A stretch of 64,000 nt of DNA, taken from an uncultured Actinomycetes bacterium. GTDB taxonomy: Bacteria > Actinomycetota > Thermoleophilia > RBG-16-64-13. The notes beneath the pieces were generated by a model. The model saw only the letters and a list, made by a program, of their open reading frames with translations. It was not told the DNA's origin and did no database searches. The position numbers were made by a program, and so were the translations under genes. Numbering within the stretch: position 1 is the stretch's first letter; each line of letters opens with the position of its first letter. This document shows positions 30,566-40,085 of the stretch, piece after piece. Location: positions 1,248,001 to 1,312,000 of the forward strand of contig CAWJDT010000001.1 of NCBI GenBank assembly GCA_963841735.1. Reading direction: 5' to 3'.

Positions 30566-33013
30566 ATGAGTATCAGCCAAGTCGGCCCCCCGAGGGTCTG
30601 TTCCAGTGCCCGATCGCGATGTTTGCTGCCCTTGTCGGTGGCCACGGTGGTGCTGGCAGCTGTCGTTGTTTTGCTCGTAGCGCTTGGTTCCCCGGCTTTT
30701 GCCGCATCCGACTTGGGTGACATCACGTCGGATGCGGTGCCAACGTGTGCCGAGACGGTCAACACCGCCGTCAACCTAGTGCACACCATCTCGTTTGCCC
30801 AGCCGGCAGAACACGTAGCTGTTTACTGGCTCGGCAACGAGGATGCCGACGTAACTCTGGCTTTCTCCTCGGACGGAACGAATTTCAGCGACCCCATCGG
30901 CGCGGGCCGCGACGACATGGGAGAGCCGCTCCAAAACGGCATGACATACGGTGCGGTGCTGCCCGCGCATGATGCGAAGCTGGTGCGGATCACCAGTGAT
31001 CGCCCGCTCCTCCAAGTCACGGTGCTGGGGATGTCCGACGCGACTGCGATCGCGCTCATGCCGGATATCGCGCATTCCTCGGTATCCGGTTCCGCGGTTG
31101 TCTACGCGGTCACCGATCAACCAACGGTGATCACGCGCGCCCAGTGGGGCGCCAACCCCGATTACATGACCTGGGATCCGGAGTTCTATCAGACTCGAAA
31201 GGTGATCGTGCACCACACGGCGACGCCCAACGACTATGCCGACAAGGCGGCCGCCGAGAGTCGCATCCGCTCCATTTACTACTACCACGCGGTCACGATG
31301 AATTGGGGTGACATCGGCTACAACTTCCTGATCGACAAGTTCGGCAACGTGTACGAGGGGCGCTACTCCCGCGACTACGGCGGGACCAGCCCGACCGGTG
31401 ACGGTCCGGTCAGTCCCTGGTCGGTCCCCGCCAGCGCGAGTTTCCCTGATGGCGTCACCGGGGACTTCGGCGGCGTCACCGGTGGTCACACCTATGGCTG
31501 GAATTCGGGGACGATGGGTGTGGCGATGTTGGGCACCTATACAGATACCGATATCACCCCGCAGGCCCGAGCCGCGCTCGTGGCCCTCTTGGCCTGGGAG
31601 GCGAAACGCAACGGCATCGAGCCGCTGCAGACTGAGCTTTTCACCAACCCGGTGGAGGGCACTACCATCACCGCTCCGAATATCGGCGGGCACCTGCTCT
31701 ATGGGGCGGTCAACGGCCACCCGACCGCGTGCCCCGGGGCCAAGCTCAACAGCGCCCTGCAGAGTATTCGCAACGACGTTTCGGCTCTAGTAGCTCCCGC
31801 GCCGGCCACTGTCACGGCTCTGAGTCCGGCTTTCGGCCCGGCTACCGGAGGCACACTGGTCACCATCACCGGCACCGATTTTGTCGGCATGGACGGGCCG
31901 GCGCTCGACCCGGGCGCCGTCACCTTCGGCGGCGTGAATGCCACCACCTACACCGTGGATTCCGCTACCCGGATCACCGCCACTGCCCCAGCGCACGCGG
32001 TCGGTAGAGTGCAGGTGCAGGTCACAGCCGCCGGGGGCGCAAGCGTCAACACCGCCGCCGACGACTACCTCTACAGCGTCGCCTACACCTCCATCCGCGG
32101 CGACCACCGCTATCACACGGCCCAGCTCATCAGCCAGACCCTGTTCCCGCAGGCGCTACCGGCCGGCTCCGGTCTGGTGATCGCCCCGGGTGAGACCTTC
32201 GCGGAGGCCCTGTGCGGCGCGCCCCTGGCCGCGGCCTGGGGAGGCCCGGTGCTGCTGACACCATCGACTGGTCTGGAGAACGGCACCAAGGCGGAGTTGC
32301 AGCGCCTGGCCCCGGCCCAGATCTTTTGTATCGGTCTGTCCCCGGTGGCGGTCGCGGCCGTCCAAGCTGCTCTTCCCACCGCTACCGTGACCGTCCTCAA
32401 TGGCGCCGCCGGTAACGTCTACGACATGAGCTACCAGGTGGCCAAGGCGCTGGCGGCCAAAGTGGGCACCGCCGGCAAGATGACGGAGGCTACCGCCATC
32501 ATCACCGTGGGCAACAAGTTCCCCGACGCCATCGGGGTATCGCCCCTGGCTTGTGCCAAGCTGTGGCCCGTGCTGTTGACTGACGGGCCTACCACGGCCG
32601 ATCCCGATCCAGACCTTAACCCCAAGGTCACCCAGTCGCTTGCGGAGCTGGGCATCACTTGGACCATCAAGGTGGGCACCTATGCCGGCACACCGGCCAA
32701 CATCAACTACTACAACCTCTCCGGAGCCGATCGCTACTTCACCAACGCCAACGTGGCCAATTGGGCCCAGGCCTATGCCGGTCTTACCTTCACCCACACC
32801 GCCTTCGCCACCGGGGACAAGTTCCCCGATGCCCTGGCCTCCGGACCGTACTTGGCCAAAGACGGTGGCCTCCTGTTGCTCTCGCCGCTCAACGGTTCGG
32901 TGCCCACGCCTATCGGCGCCGTGCTGTCCGCCAACAAGGCCGCAGTGCAGCACCTCACCTACATCGCCTGCATCGAGCCGGTGATAGGGCAGGTGAAGGC
33001 GCTGCTACGGTAG
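30566..33013 (+). CDS. Amidase_2 (PGRP-like) N-acetylmuramoyl-L-alanine amidase + IPT/TIG + cell wall binding repeat 2
   Basis: ITRAQWGA, IVHHTA, WGDIGYNFLIDKFG.VYEGR, TACPG; IPT (PAFGPATGGTLVTITG); CWB2 (GDHRYHT, GADRYFT, ATGDKFPDALA). Confidence 0.9.
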   Translation: MSISQVGPPRVCSSARSRCLLPLSVATVVLAAVVVLLVALGSPAFAASDLGDITSDAVPTCAETVNTAVNLVHTISFAQPAEHVAVYWLGNEDADVTLAFSSDGTNFSDPIGAGRDDMGEPLQNGMTYGAVLPAHDAKLVRITSDRPLLQVTVLGMSDATAIALMPDIAHSSVSGSAVVYAVTDQPTVITRAQWGANPDYMTWDPEFYQTRKVIVHHTATPNDYADKAAAESRIRSIYYYHAVTMNWGDIGYNFLIDKFGNVYEGRYSRDYGGTSPTGDGPVSPWSVPASASFPDGVTGDFGGVTGGHTYGWNSGTMGVAMLGTYTDTDITPQARAALVALLAWEAKRNGIEPLQTELFTNPVEGTTITAPNIGGHLLYGAVNGHPTACPGAKLNSALQSIRNDVSALVAPAPATVTALSPAFGPATGGTLVTITGTDFVGMDGPALDPGAVTFGGVNATTYTVDSATRITATAPAHAVGRVQVQVTAAGGASVNTAADDYLYSVAYTSIRGDHRYHTAQLISQTLFPQALPAGSGLVIAPGETFAEALCGAPLAAAWGGPVLLTPSTGLENGTKAELQRLAPAQIFCIGLSPVAVAAVQAALPTATVTVLNGAAGNVYDMSYQVAKALAAKVGTAGKMTEATAIITVGNKFPDAIGVSPLACAKLWPVLLTDGPTTADPDPDLNPKVTQSLAELGITWTIKVGTYAGTPANINYYNLSGADRYFTNANVANWAQAYAGLTFTHTAFATGDKFPDALASGPYLAKDGGLLLLSPLNGSVPTPIGAVLSANKAAVQHLTYIACIEPVIGQVKALLR

Positions 33014-33075
33014 GCCGGCCCCAAGGTAGGCCGGCCTGAGGAAAGTCGTCCAGGTCACCTGCTACAACCTGGCCG

Positions 33076-34242
33076 TCAGAAGCACCTGGGTGCCGGGGAG
33101 ACTCCAGGGCGCCCGGGGTAGCTCTGCGCGATCGCTAGAACCTTGGGAGCGTCCAGCGCAAGAAGACGCCCAGCGTCGTAGACCAGTGTGTCGCCCACCC
33201 TCAGCGTGGGATTCCTGATGTCGGACGTTACGTGTAGATAGTAGGGATACGCCGGGGTGGGCTTCGCATCACCTATGTGGAAATGCAGATTGCGGCAGTG
33301 TGAATGATCGATGAGACGCCGCACAAGCACGTTGGGGCATTGGTGGGGGGCCACGCTCGCCTGGGGATGCACACCGAAATGGAAGACCTGGAACTTGTAC
33401 ACGTCCTGGCCTTGACGCTCAGCCATGGAAGCCAGGAAGCGACGGAGAGCGTCGGCCTCGTAGCCCCCCTTGATGTCGGCAATGCGGCCGTCATCGATGG
33501 TGAGTTCGATCGGTCGGTCGAAATAGGGCGATATGCCGATGTAGCGCGACCACCAACTGAGCATGCTTTCGAATACGTAGACTCCCGTGCTTCCCAACAC
33601 CTGTACGGGGGTGTGAACCCACTCCGGCCAGGGATACATGTTGTCGTGGGGCCCCCGGCGCGTGGAGTAGGGGTCGCCTCCGGGTATCCCACCGGTCTTG
33701 GTTGGTTCCTGGACGGTCCCCTCCAAGTGGGTGCCGTTGGGGTCGGTCAAAGCGAAGTTCTTGCCTGGCTGAAACGCCAGGGATGCTTGGTAGCGTATCT
33801 CGCTCACCAGTTCGTGGGGAGTTTGGGCCCAGGGGGTGCACAGTAACGCGGCGGTAGTGGCGAAGTTGCGCACCATCTTGAAGTTGTTCTCGGCGAAATA
33901 GGCTCGAAAATCCGGCAGCTCGGTGGTGGGCAGGTCGAAGAAGGCGTTGCTGATGAATACGTCACAGCCCGCCATGGCCGCCAGGGCCACCTTTGGTATC
34001 CGCCAGGCATGGGGCTGCTGTCTTGCATCCAGCCACAGAACCGAGGCGGTCGCGCCTCTAGACTGCACAGCGCTCTGGATCCAAGAGATCGCTTCTTGAT
34101 CCACCATGCTGTCCCCACCGTATAGGCCGTTGACGTCGGCCGCGATGAGGACTTCCTGGCCGGCCTGCAATTGCACGCAATCGTCAAGCATGTCGCCGAT
34201 GGCGACAAGAGCTCCCGTCGGGATTCCCGCTTGCCTAGTCAT
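33076..34242 (-). CDS. M29 aminopeptidase / NicX-like fold metalloprotein
   Basis: GQEVLI, TDPNGTHL, GVYVFE, PIELTIDDGRIADIKGG.EA, HFGVHPQA, HFHIG; start 34242 after AGGAG. Confidence 0.65.
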   Translation of the reverse strand: MTRQAGIPTGALVAIGDMLDDCVQLQAGQEVLIAADVNGLYGGDSMVDQEAISWIQSAVQSRGATASVLWLDARQQPHAWRIPKVALAAMAGCDVFISNAFFDLPTTELPDFRAYFAENNFKMVRNFATTAALLCTPWAQTPHELVSEIRYQASLAFQPGKNFALTDPNGTHLEGTVQEPTKTGGIPGGDPYSTRRGPHDNMYPWPEWVHTPVQVLGSTGVYVFESMLSWWSRYIGISPYFDRPIELTIDDGRIADIKGGYEADALRRFLASMAERQGQDVYKFQVFHFGVHPQASVAPHQCPNVLVRRLIDHSHCRNLHFHIGDAKPTPAYPYYLHVTSDIRNPTLRVGDTLVYDAGRLLALDAPKVLAIAQSYPGRPGVSPAPRCF

Positions 34243-34273
34243 GTGATCTGCTCCTGTCCCGTTGGCGTCCGTC

Positions 34274-34963
34274 CTACTTTCGCAGGCTGACGAGCCAATC
34301 CCTAATCTGTTCGTCGGTACGGTACTTGCCCTGCTCGAAGCGCTCATGGTGGGTCATGGCCTGACGGTCTCTGACAAGCCGCGGCTTTGGCTCCATGGCG
34401 GGGTGGCCTAGACCCAGCATGTCGTAGATGCAGTAACCGTCGGGGATACCGAGAAGGTCTCTGATCATCGCCGACGGGTAGGCAGACCCCACCAGGCTGG
34501 CCCAGTGAGAACCGAGTCCGAGGCTGGTCGCGGCCAGCGTCATCTGAAGCAATGCGCTCGCCAGCGCCGAGATGAGATTCATCTCTTGTCGCTCAACGTA
34601 GGTGAGCAGGGGGAAAGATCTGCTGACGCGTGGGTCGCCGATCACGAGAATGAGCACCGGACTCTTCTTGAAGACCGCATCGGAGACCGGACGGGCGGCG
34701 GAGGCCCAGCGCAACTCCTCCGGCCTCGTCAGCTCGGCCTGATGGGCCAACTCCTGCTGCTCACGAGCCCATACCGCCATCTGATCTTTGGTGGTCTGGT
34801 CGCGGATGACGATGAACTCCCAGGGTTGCGAGTTGGCTCCCGACGGCGCCCAGCGGGCCACCTCGATGACCTTCTCGACCGCTTCATCGGACACCGGCTC
34901 GTCCGTGAACGCTCGGATACTGCGACGGCTCTTGACCAACTCCAGTAGACTGTCGTAGTCCAT
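34274..34963 (-). CDS. Nitroreductase family protein
   Basis: RRSIRAF, APSGANSQPWEFIVI, LAATSLGLGS; start MDYD at 34963. Confidence 0.92.
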   Translation of the reverse strand: MDYDSLLELVKSRRSIRAFTDEPVSDEAVEKVIEVARWAPSGANSQPWEFIVIRDQTTKDQMAVWAREQQELAHQAELTRPEELRWASAARPVSDAVFKKSPVLILVIGDPRVSRSFPLLTYVERQEMNLISALASALLQMTLAATSLGLGSHWASLVGSAYPSAMIRDLLGIPDGYCIYDMLGLGHPAMEPKPRLVRDRQAMTHHERFEQGKYRTDEQIRDWLVSLRK

Positions 34964-35132
34964 TCGTCTTCCCTTCCTCTCTGGACGGGCGACCAAGCCC
35001 ATCGTGATCACCGATGTGTCTTCGGATTGTAGCGGCCGGTCGGGTTGGGGACACATACTCTTGGGGAACAATGGGCCCGAGGTTGGGGTCAGACCACAGA
35101 GTGGTCCAGAATACTGATAAGGATAGAATGCA

Positions 35133-35816
35133 TTGACGCGTCCACGTCTCGCAGCGATAGTTTCCGCGATAGCGGCTTCCACGGTAGTCTTCGTGGTTGT
35201 CAGCCGTTGGCGGCTGGCGGGGACGGTTACGGGCGCCGTGCTCGTTCCCATGATCTACACGCTCGTCTCCCACTGGTCATCCCAGAGCCTCGACCACGCG
35301 GCCAAATGGCTGCGGTGCCGCGTGTTCAGAGGCAGCCCTCGGGATGATTCGTGTCCGCTCCTCTCTGAGGCTCTCCCATCCGCTGGGTCGGGGGACACGC
35401 CTCAGCTTTTGGGCGCAGGTGCTGTCGTCGGGGGTGAGCTTCCACGCAGAGAGACTAAGTGGACGCAGTGGCTTTTGGTAGGCCTCACGTCTGTCGCGGT
35501 GGCAGTGAGCATCTACGCGCTTACTTCGCAAAGTCCCGCTGAGCGGGTCATCGTCCGCGAGAGGGTGGTTGAGAAGACCATCACCGTGACGACGTTCGTG
35601 CAGATACCCGGCAAGTCCAGTGCGAACAACTCGTCCCCAACTACTTTGGCGGCCGCGGAGGACGGGACGACCTCGACGACAGTCGCGGAGTTGGGGGCGG
35701 AACCGACTTCGTCGACGACGGTTGGGCAGGCTACGACAACGACGTCTCTTTCCGACGCGCCCGCAACTACTACGCCATCGACGGCGCCAACGAGCGCCGC
35801 GCCACCGTCGTTGTAG
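35133..35816 (+). CDS. Hypothetical membrane protein with Thr/Ser-rich tail
   Basis: Three hydrophobic segments, low-complexity TTTT C-terminus. Confidence 0.6.
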   Translation: MTRPRLAAIVSAIAASTVVFVVVSRWRLAGTVTGAVLVPMIYTLVSHWSSQSLDHAAKWLRCRVFRGSPRDDSCPLLSEALPSAGSGDTPQLLGAGAVVGGELPRRETKWTQWLLVGLTSVAVAVSIYALTSQSPAERVIVRERVVEKTITVTTFVQIPGKSSANNSSPTTLAAAEDGTTSTTVAELGAEPTSSTTVGQATTTTSLSDAPATTTPSTAPTSAAPPSL

Positions 35817-35977
35817 GTCCCGGTCGGGCAGACGGAGGCTCAGACCATGGTGGCCGACGTGTTGCTGGCGGCGCCTGGGCGCCAGGATTGATTCCCTACT
35901 GTAATATGAGGCCATAGTAGGATGATCATCCCGCCACCCCGAGACCATCGGTGGACTCGTGAGGAACGGAGCCCGCA

Positions 35978-36658
35978 TTGGGATCAAGTGAGCTGACGAA
36001 GAGCAAGATCCTCCTAGTGGACGACCACCCGCTGGTCAGGAGGGCGTTGAGGGACATCCTGGAACGGGAGCCGGACCTTGAGGTGGTCGGCGAGGCGGGC
36101 GACGGCCAGGAGGCGATCGACTTGGTCGAGCGCTTCAGCCCGGATGTTGTGATCATGGACATCAGCATGCCGGTTATGAACGGGGTGGAGGCTACCAAGC
36201 GGATCAAAGCCTCCAGCTCCCTCACATCAGTGCTGATACTCACCGTCCACACCGACATCGAGACGATCTTCAGCATTCTCCAAGCGGGGGCGGGCGGCTA
36301 TCTCATCAAGTCGGTGTTCGGTCCGGAGGTCGTCCATACTATCCGCGCCCTACTGGACGGCGACATGGTATTGGCGCCCAGCGTCTCGCAAGAGGTTCTA
36401 AAGTACGCGTTCCGGCATGTGAAAAATCCCGCCAAGGTGGAATCTCAGGACAAGCTCTCAGCCAAGGGAATGGAGATTCTCTCTTCGGCGGCCAAAGGCA
36501 TGTCCAACAAGGAGATCGGTGCCAGGCTGGGGATAAGCGAGGCCACCGTCAAGAGCTACTTCGTTGATATCTTCCAGAAACTCAACGTCCGTTCTCGGAC
36601 CGAGGCCATCTTCGTCAGTCTGAAATCAGGCATTCTTACCTTGGACGACATAGTCTGA
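35978..36658 (+). CDS. NarL/LuxR-family response regulator
   Basis: ILLVDDHPLVR, DVVIMDISMP, GMSNKEIGARLGISEATVK. Confidence 0.95.
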   Translation: MGSSELTKSKILLVDDHPLVRRALRDILEREPDLEVVGEAGDGQEAIDLVERFSPDVVIMDISMPVMNGVEATKRIKASSSLTSVLILTVHTDIETIFSILQAGAGGYLIKSVFGPEVVHTIRALLDGDMVLAPSVSQEVLKYAFRHVKNPAKVESQDKLSAKGMEILSSAAKGMSNKEIGARLGISEATVKSYFVDIFQKLNVRSRTEAIFVSLKSGILTLDDIV

Positions 36659-37768
36659 AGCCGCGCACGGGATGGTCGCCCGGAGCCTCGTGCCCCGCCC
36701 AAGGTGGGAGTCGAGGTGCATCGTGCCCCCGACGGAGAGTATCCTTTGTTCCATGCCGATGATGCCTAGGCTGCCTTGCGCCACGTAGAGGACCAATCTC
36801 TCGGGCAGATGGAACCCGATGCCGTCGTCCTGCACCTCCAGCGTCAGTCGGTCGTCCTCGAAGTTCAAGAGGACGTCGCCGTGCTTGGCCTGCGAGTGCC
36901 GCTGGATGTTGTGAAGGGCCTCCTGTACGACGCGGAAGATCGTTACCTCCACTAGGCTTGACATCTTCCGCTCCTCGCCCACCACCCGAGTGTCGATGCA
37001 GCAACTGCCTTGAGTGTTGCTATGGTTGACCAACCAGCGGATGCCCGAGACAAGCCCAAAATTGTCCAGGATGCTTGGCCTCAAGTTCATGCTCAGTCTC
37101 CTGAGGTCGTCCATGCTCTGAAGGACCTTCTGCTTGACCCAGAGGTTGCCCGCGCTCTGCTCGTCATCGGTGCACGATGACGCTAGAGAATCGCACTTGC
37201 TGGCGATGACCATGAGCGTCTGAAGGGTTTCGTCATGGATCTCCAGAGCGATCCGCCGTCGCTCCGCCTCCTGAGTCTCGACCAGTTTGGCGACGAACGC
37301 CTGGCCCTCTCGCTGGCGCTCGGCAAAGTTCCGCTTCTCGCCCTCGCGCCAGCGTCTCTCTCCTTGCGCGACCGCCACCACCAATACCGGTAACAACAGC
37401 AGCATCAGGTTGTTGAACTCCCACCTGCCTCCCCACGCCATGTGCATGGGAAGCAGCCAGATGAGTGATAGCAGCCAGGCAAAAAGTCCTCCCGGCCACC
37501 CCAATGTGAGCGATCCATAGATGATCGGGACGAAGAACAGTACGCCAAGCACATGGAATCTGAGCTCCACATCCACAACGATGAAGTCCATGTTCGCCAG
37601 CCAGGGGAAGAAACTCCAGAATCCTTGGGTGAACTGCCAGTGCCTCCAGGGCCACGCCTCGTAAATCACCAAGAGTAGCGCCGACAGCACCAGCACAACC
37701 CAGAAGTGAGGGTTCGTCAAAATCCTGTGGGCGGTAGACCTAAGTTTGGCAGAACGAGTTTCGGTCAT
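36626..37768 (-). CDS. Membrane sensor histidine kinase (HisKA_3)
   Basis: ERRRIALEIHDETLQ, LRPSILD, QEALHN, DDGIGF, LGIIGM; convergent 33-bp overlap with the regulator. Confidence 0.93.
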   Translation of the reverse strand: MTETRSAKLRSTAHRILTNPHFWVVLVLSALLLVIYEAWPWRHWQFTQGFWSFFPWLANMDFIVVDVELRFHVLGVLFFVPIIYGSLTLGWPGGLFAWLLSLIWLLPMHMAWGGRWEFNNLMLLLLPVLVVAVAQGERRWREGEKRNFAERQREGQAFVAKLVETQEAERRRIALEIHDETLQTLMVIASKCDSLASSCTDDEQSAGNLWVKQKVLQSMDDLRRLSMNLRPSILDNFGLVSGIRWLVNHSNTQGSCCIDTRVVGEERKMSSLVEVTIFRVVQEALHNIQRHSQAKHGDVLLNFEDDRLTLEVQDDGIGFHLPERLVLYVAQGSLGIIGMEQRILSVGGTMHLDSHLGRGTRLRATIPCAASDYVVQGKNA

Positions 37769-38255
37769 GGTGGGCCGATTGTCTCAGTACCAACTACTTT
37801 CTGCCACCGTTCCAATCTCGCTTCGCTCACTTGGTGGGAGGGTTTCACCAAAGTTGCCCAACCAAAGTAATTGAATGCCCCCAGTGGCTCAGGTACACAG
37901 TACGAACACAACGTCGATAGCGACAGCGTCACATCGCATCGTTGAACGAGCCATTCAGAAGGAGCTGCTTGTTGGTGAAGTACAAGTTTGCCTACCGCGC
38001 GGACAACGTTTCCCTCGATTTAGTGGGCAATTGCTTCGCCGATTGTGATCTCCAGTTGGTCCATGGGGCTATCGCCGGTATGAAGGGAATCCTGGATACC
38101 GGAGACAGACGTTGTCCGGAAGGCGGATCGGACCGCGCGAAGCAGCTGGTTTACGAGATGAAGACGAAGGAGGTAGAGAGACTAAGGAGTCGTGGGGAGG
38201 AATCGTACGCATACGTGCGGGATGAAAAGGCCAAGCTACAGGAGGGAGTTGCATA

Positions 38256-39425
38256 ATGAGGGGCAAGTTAGCTGTTGGATTGTTAGCTCTCGTGTTAGTT
38301 CTGAGTGTTGTTGCGGTGGGGTGCGGGTCGGATACGACCGAAACCACAACTGCTCCAGTGACCACCGTGGGTGGGACGACGGATACCACAGTTGCCGAGG
38401 CCACGACCACGACCGAAGCCGGTCCGGTCATCGAGCTGCGCTTGGCCAACTACTTTGGCACCGACACGTTGCAGGGCCAGCTGCTGCAGCAGTTCTGCGA
38501 TGACATCAACACGCGCACCAACGGACAGGTCAAGATGACCTACTATCCCGGCGGCCAGCTGTTTGACGGTCCCGGCACGCTCGATGGCATCAAGAACAAA
38601 GTTGCCGACATCGGGTACATGACCACGGGGCACTTCTCCGGCGTGTTCCCCGTTTCTGAATCCATTACCTCTCTGAACGGCTATCCCAGCGCCTACGTGG
38701 TCTCTCACGTGGCCGAGGACTTCTACAACGAGTTCCAGCCCGAAGAGTGGAACGACTATCACGTGCTGTTCGTCGACGGCCACAGCCCGATGATGCTCTT
38801 CTCGATGAAGCCGATCCGCACTCTGGCGGACTTTGCCGGCACCAAGTGCCGCGTCAAGGGTCTCCAGGCTGAACAGGCCAAGCTGCTGGGTTCCTCTACC
38901 ATAGATATCCCGGCCGGTGACCAGTTCGACGCGCTCCAGAAGGGCGTCATCGACAACTCGGCTATCTCGATGGAAGCTGCCAAGACCTGGAGTCTGGCGG
39001 ATATCGCCCCCTACCTGACCCTCACCTGGCAGGTGTTCTCGCCGCCGCAATACTACCTAGTTATGAACAAGACCAGCTGGGACAGCCTTCCCGACAATGT
39101 CAAGACGGTCTTCGACGAGGTGTCGGCTGAATACGTAGAGAAAGCCGCCTTGATGTGCAACCAGGTGGACCTCGACGGTGCTGCCTACGCAGAGGAAAAG
39201 GGCATGGAGTTCATCGACCTGGCGCCCGAAGAAGCCCAGAAGTGGGTGGACGCGGTTGCACCGGTGAGCGAGGCCTACGTTCAGAAGATGATCACAGCCG
39301 GATTCCCGGAAGCAGAAGTCCGTGGTTGGATCACCTACATCCAGGACAGGACCGCTTTCTGGCTTGCCGAGCAGGCGAAAGCCGGTATCAAGTCCCCCAT
39401 GGGGCCCGCAGAGATCAAGCAGTAG
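38256..39425 (+). CDS. dctP: TRAP transporter solute-binding lipoprotein DctP
   Basis: Lipobox AVGC, Thr linker, TNGQVKMTYYPGGQL, ALQKGVID, VMNKTSWDSLP. Confidence 0.9.
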   Translation: MRGKLAVGLLALVLVLSVVAVGCGSDTTETTTAPVTTVGGTTDTTVAEATTTTEAGPVIELRLANYFGTDTLQGQLLQQFCDDINTRTNGQVKMTYYPGGQLFDGPGTLDGIKNKVADIGYMTTGHFSGVFPVSESITSLNGYPSAYVVSHVAEDFYNEFQPEEWNDYHVLFVDGHSPMMLFSMKPIRTLADFAGTKCRVKGLQAEQAKLLGSSTIDIPAGDQFDALQKGVIDNSAISMEAAKTWSLADIAPYLTLTWQVFSPPQYYLVMNKTSWDSLPDNVKTVFDEVSAEYVEKAALMCNQVDLDGAAYAEEKGMEFIDLAPEEAQKWVDAVAPVSEAYVQKMITAGFPEAEVRGWITYIQDRTAFWLAEQAKAGIKSPMGPAEIKQ

Positions 39426-39491
39426 TAATCAAGAAGGCGTTCTTCTCCTGCTGAAGAGCTAGGGAAGAACTACCACCTTGTCGTCACCGCA

Positions 39492-39522
39492 CACCCTACG
39501 TCGTCACCAACGGCGTAGGGTG
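39492..39522 (+). other. Intercistronic stem-loop between dctP and dctQ
   Basis: CACCCTACGTCGT...ACGGCGTAGGGTG inverted repeat. Confidence 0.6.
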
Positions 39523-39551
39523 TGCGTGACCGAGGGGAAGGCGAATCGTAC

Positions 39552-40085
39552 ATGACACAAAAAGGCGAGCGGCTTGTTGGAAGAATAAGCGACGCTGCAG
39601 TGAATGCGGCGACCCTGTTCATGCTGGTCATATTTGTGATCCAAGTCATCGACATCATAGGGTCAAAGCTGTTCAACAAACCGTTGAACGGGGTTGTTGA
39701 GTTGACGGGGTATTTCGTCGCCGTACTAGTGCCGGCCGCCGCGGCGAAAGTGTTTCTCACCCATCAGCACGTCCGTATCGAAATGGTCACGCAGAAGTTG
39801 CCGGCCCGCGTGAACAACGCGATAGACAGGGTGGTCAATCTTGTTCTGGGCGGTCTACTAAGCGTGTTGACCTGGAAGACCGTGGCGTTTGGAATAAGCA
39901 AACAGCAAAGCGGCCAATACAGCGACACGCTGCATTTTCCGTTCTACCTCGTGATCTATTTTGAAGCGGCAGCTCTTGCAGTCTTCTCTTTGGTTCTGCT
40001 GTATTCCTGCGTGGTGCTACCCAAGGTCGAGGACCACGAGAAGGAAGAGAAGACTGAGGAGGTGGCTTCCGATGGCCCCGTTTGA
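39552..40085 (+). CDS. dctQ: TRAP transporter small permease DctQ
   Basis: 4 TM, HVRIE motif, between dctP and dctM. Confidence 0.88.
   Translation: MTQKGERLVGRISDAAVNAATLFMLVIFVIQVIDIIGSKLFNKPLNGVVELTGYFVAVLVPAAAAKVFLTHQHVRIEMVTQKLPARVNNAIDRVVNLVLGGLLSVLTWKTVAFGISKQQSGQYSDTLHFPFYLVIYFEAAALAVFSLVLLYSCVVLPKVEDHEKEEKTEEVASDGPV

Noticed and set aside
37942-38256. 104-aa ORF before dctP as a confident CDS
   Set aside because: TTG start without RBS and no recognisable motif; kept only as a note in the leader finding
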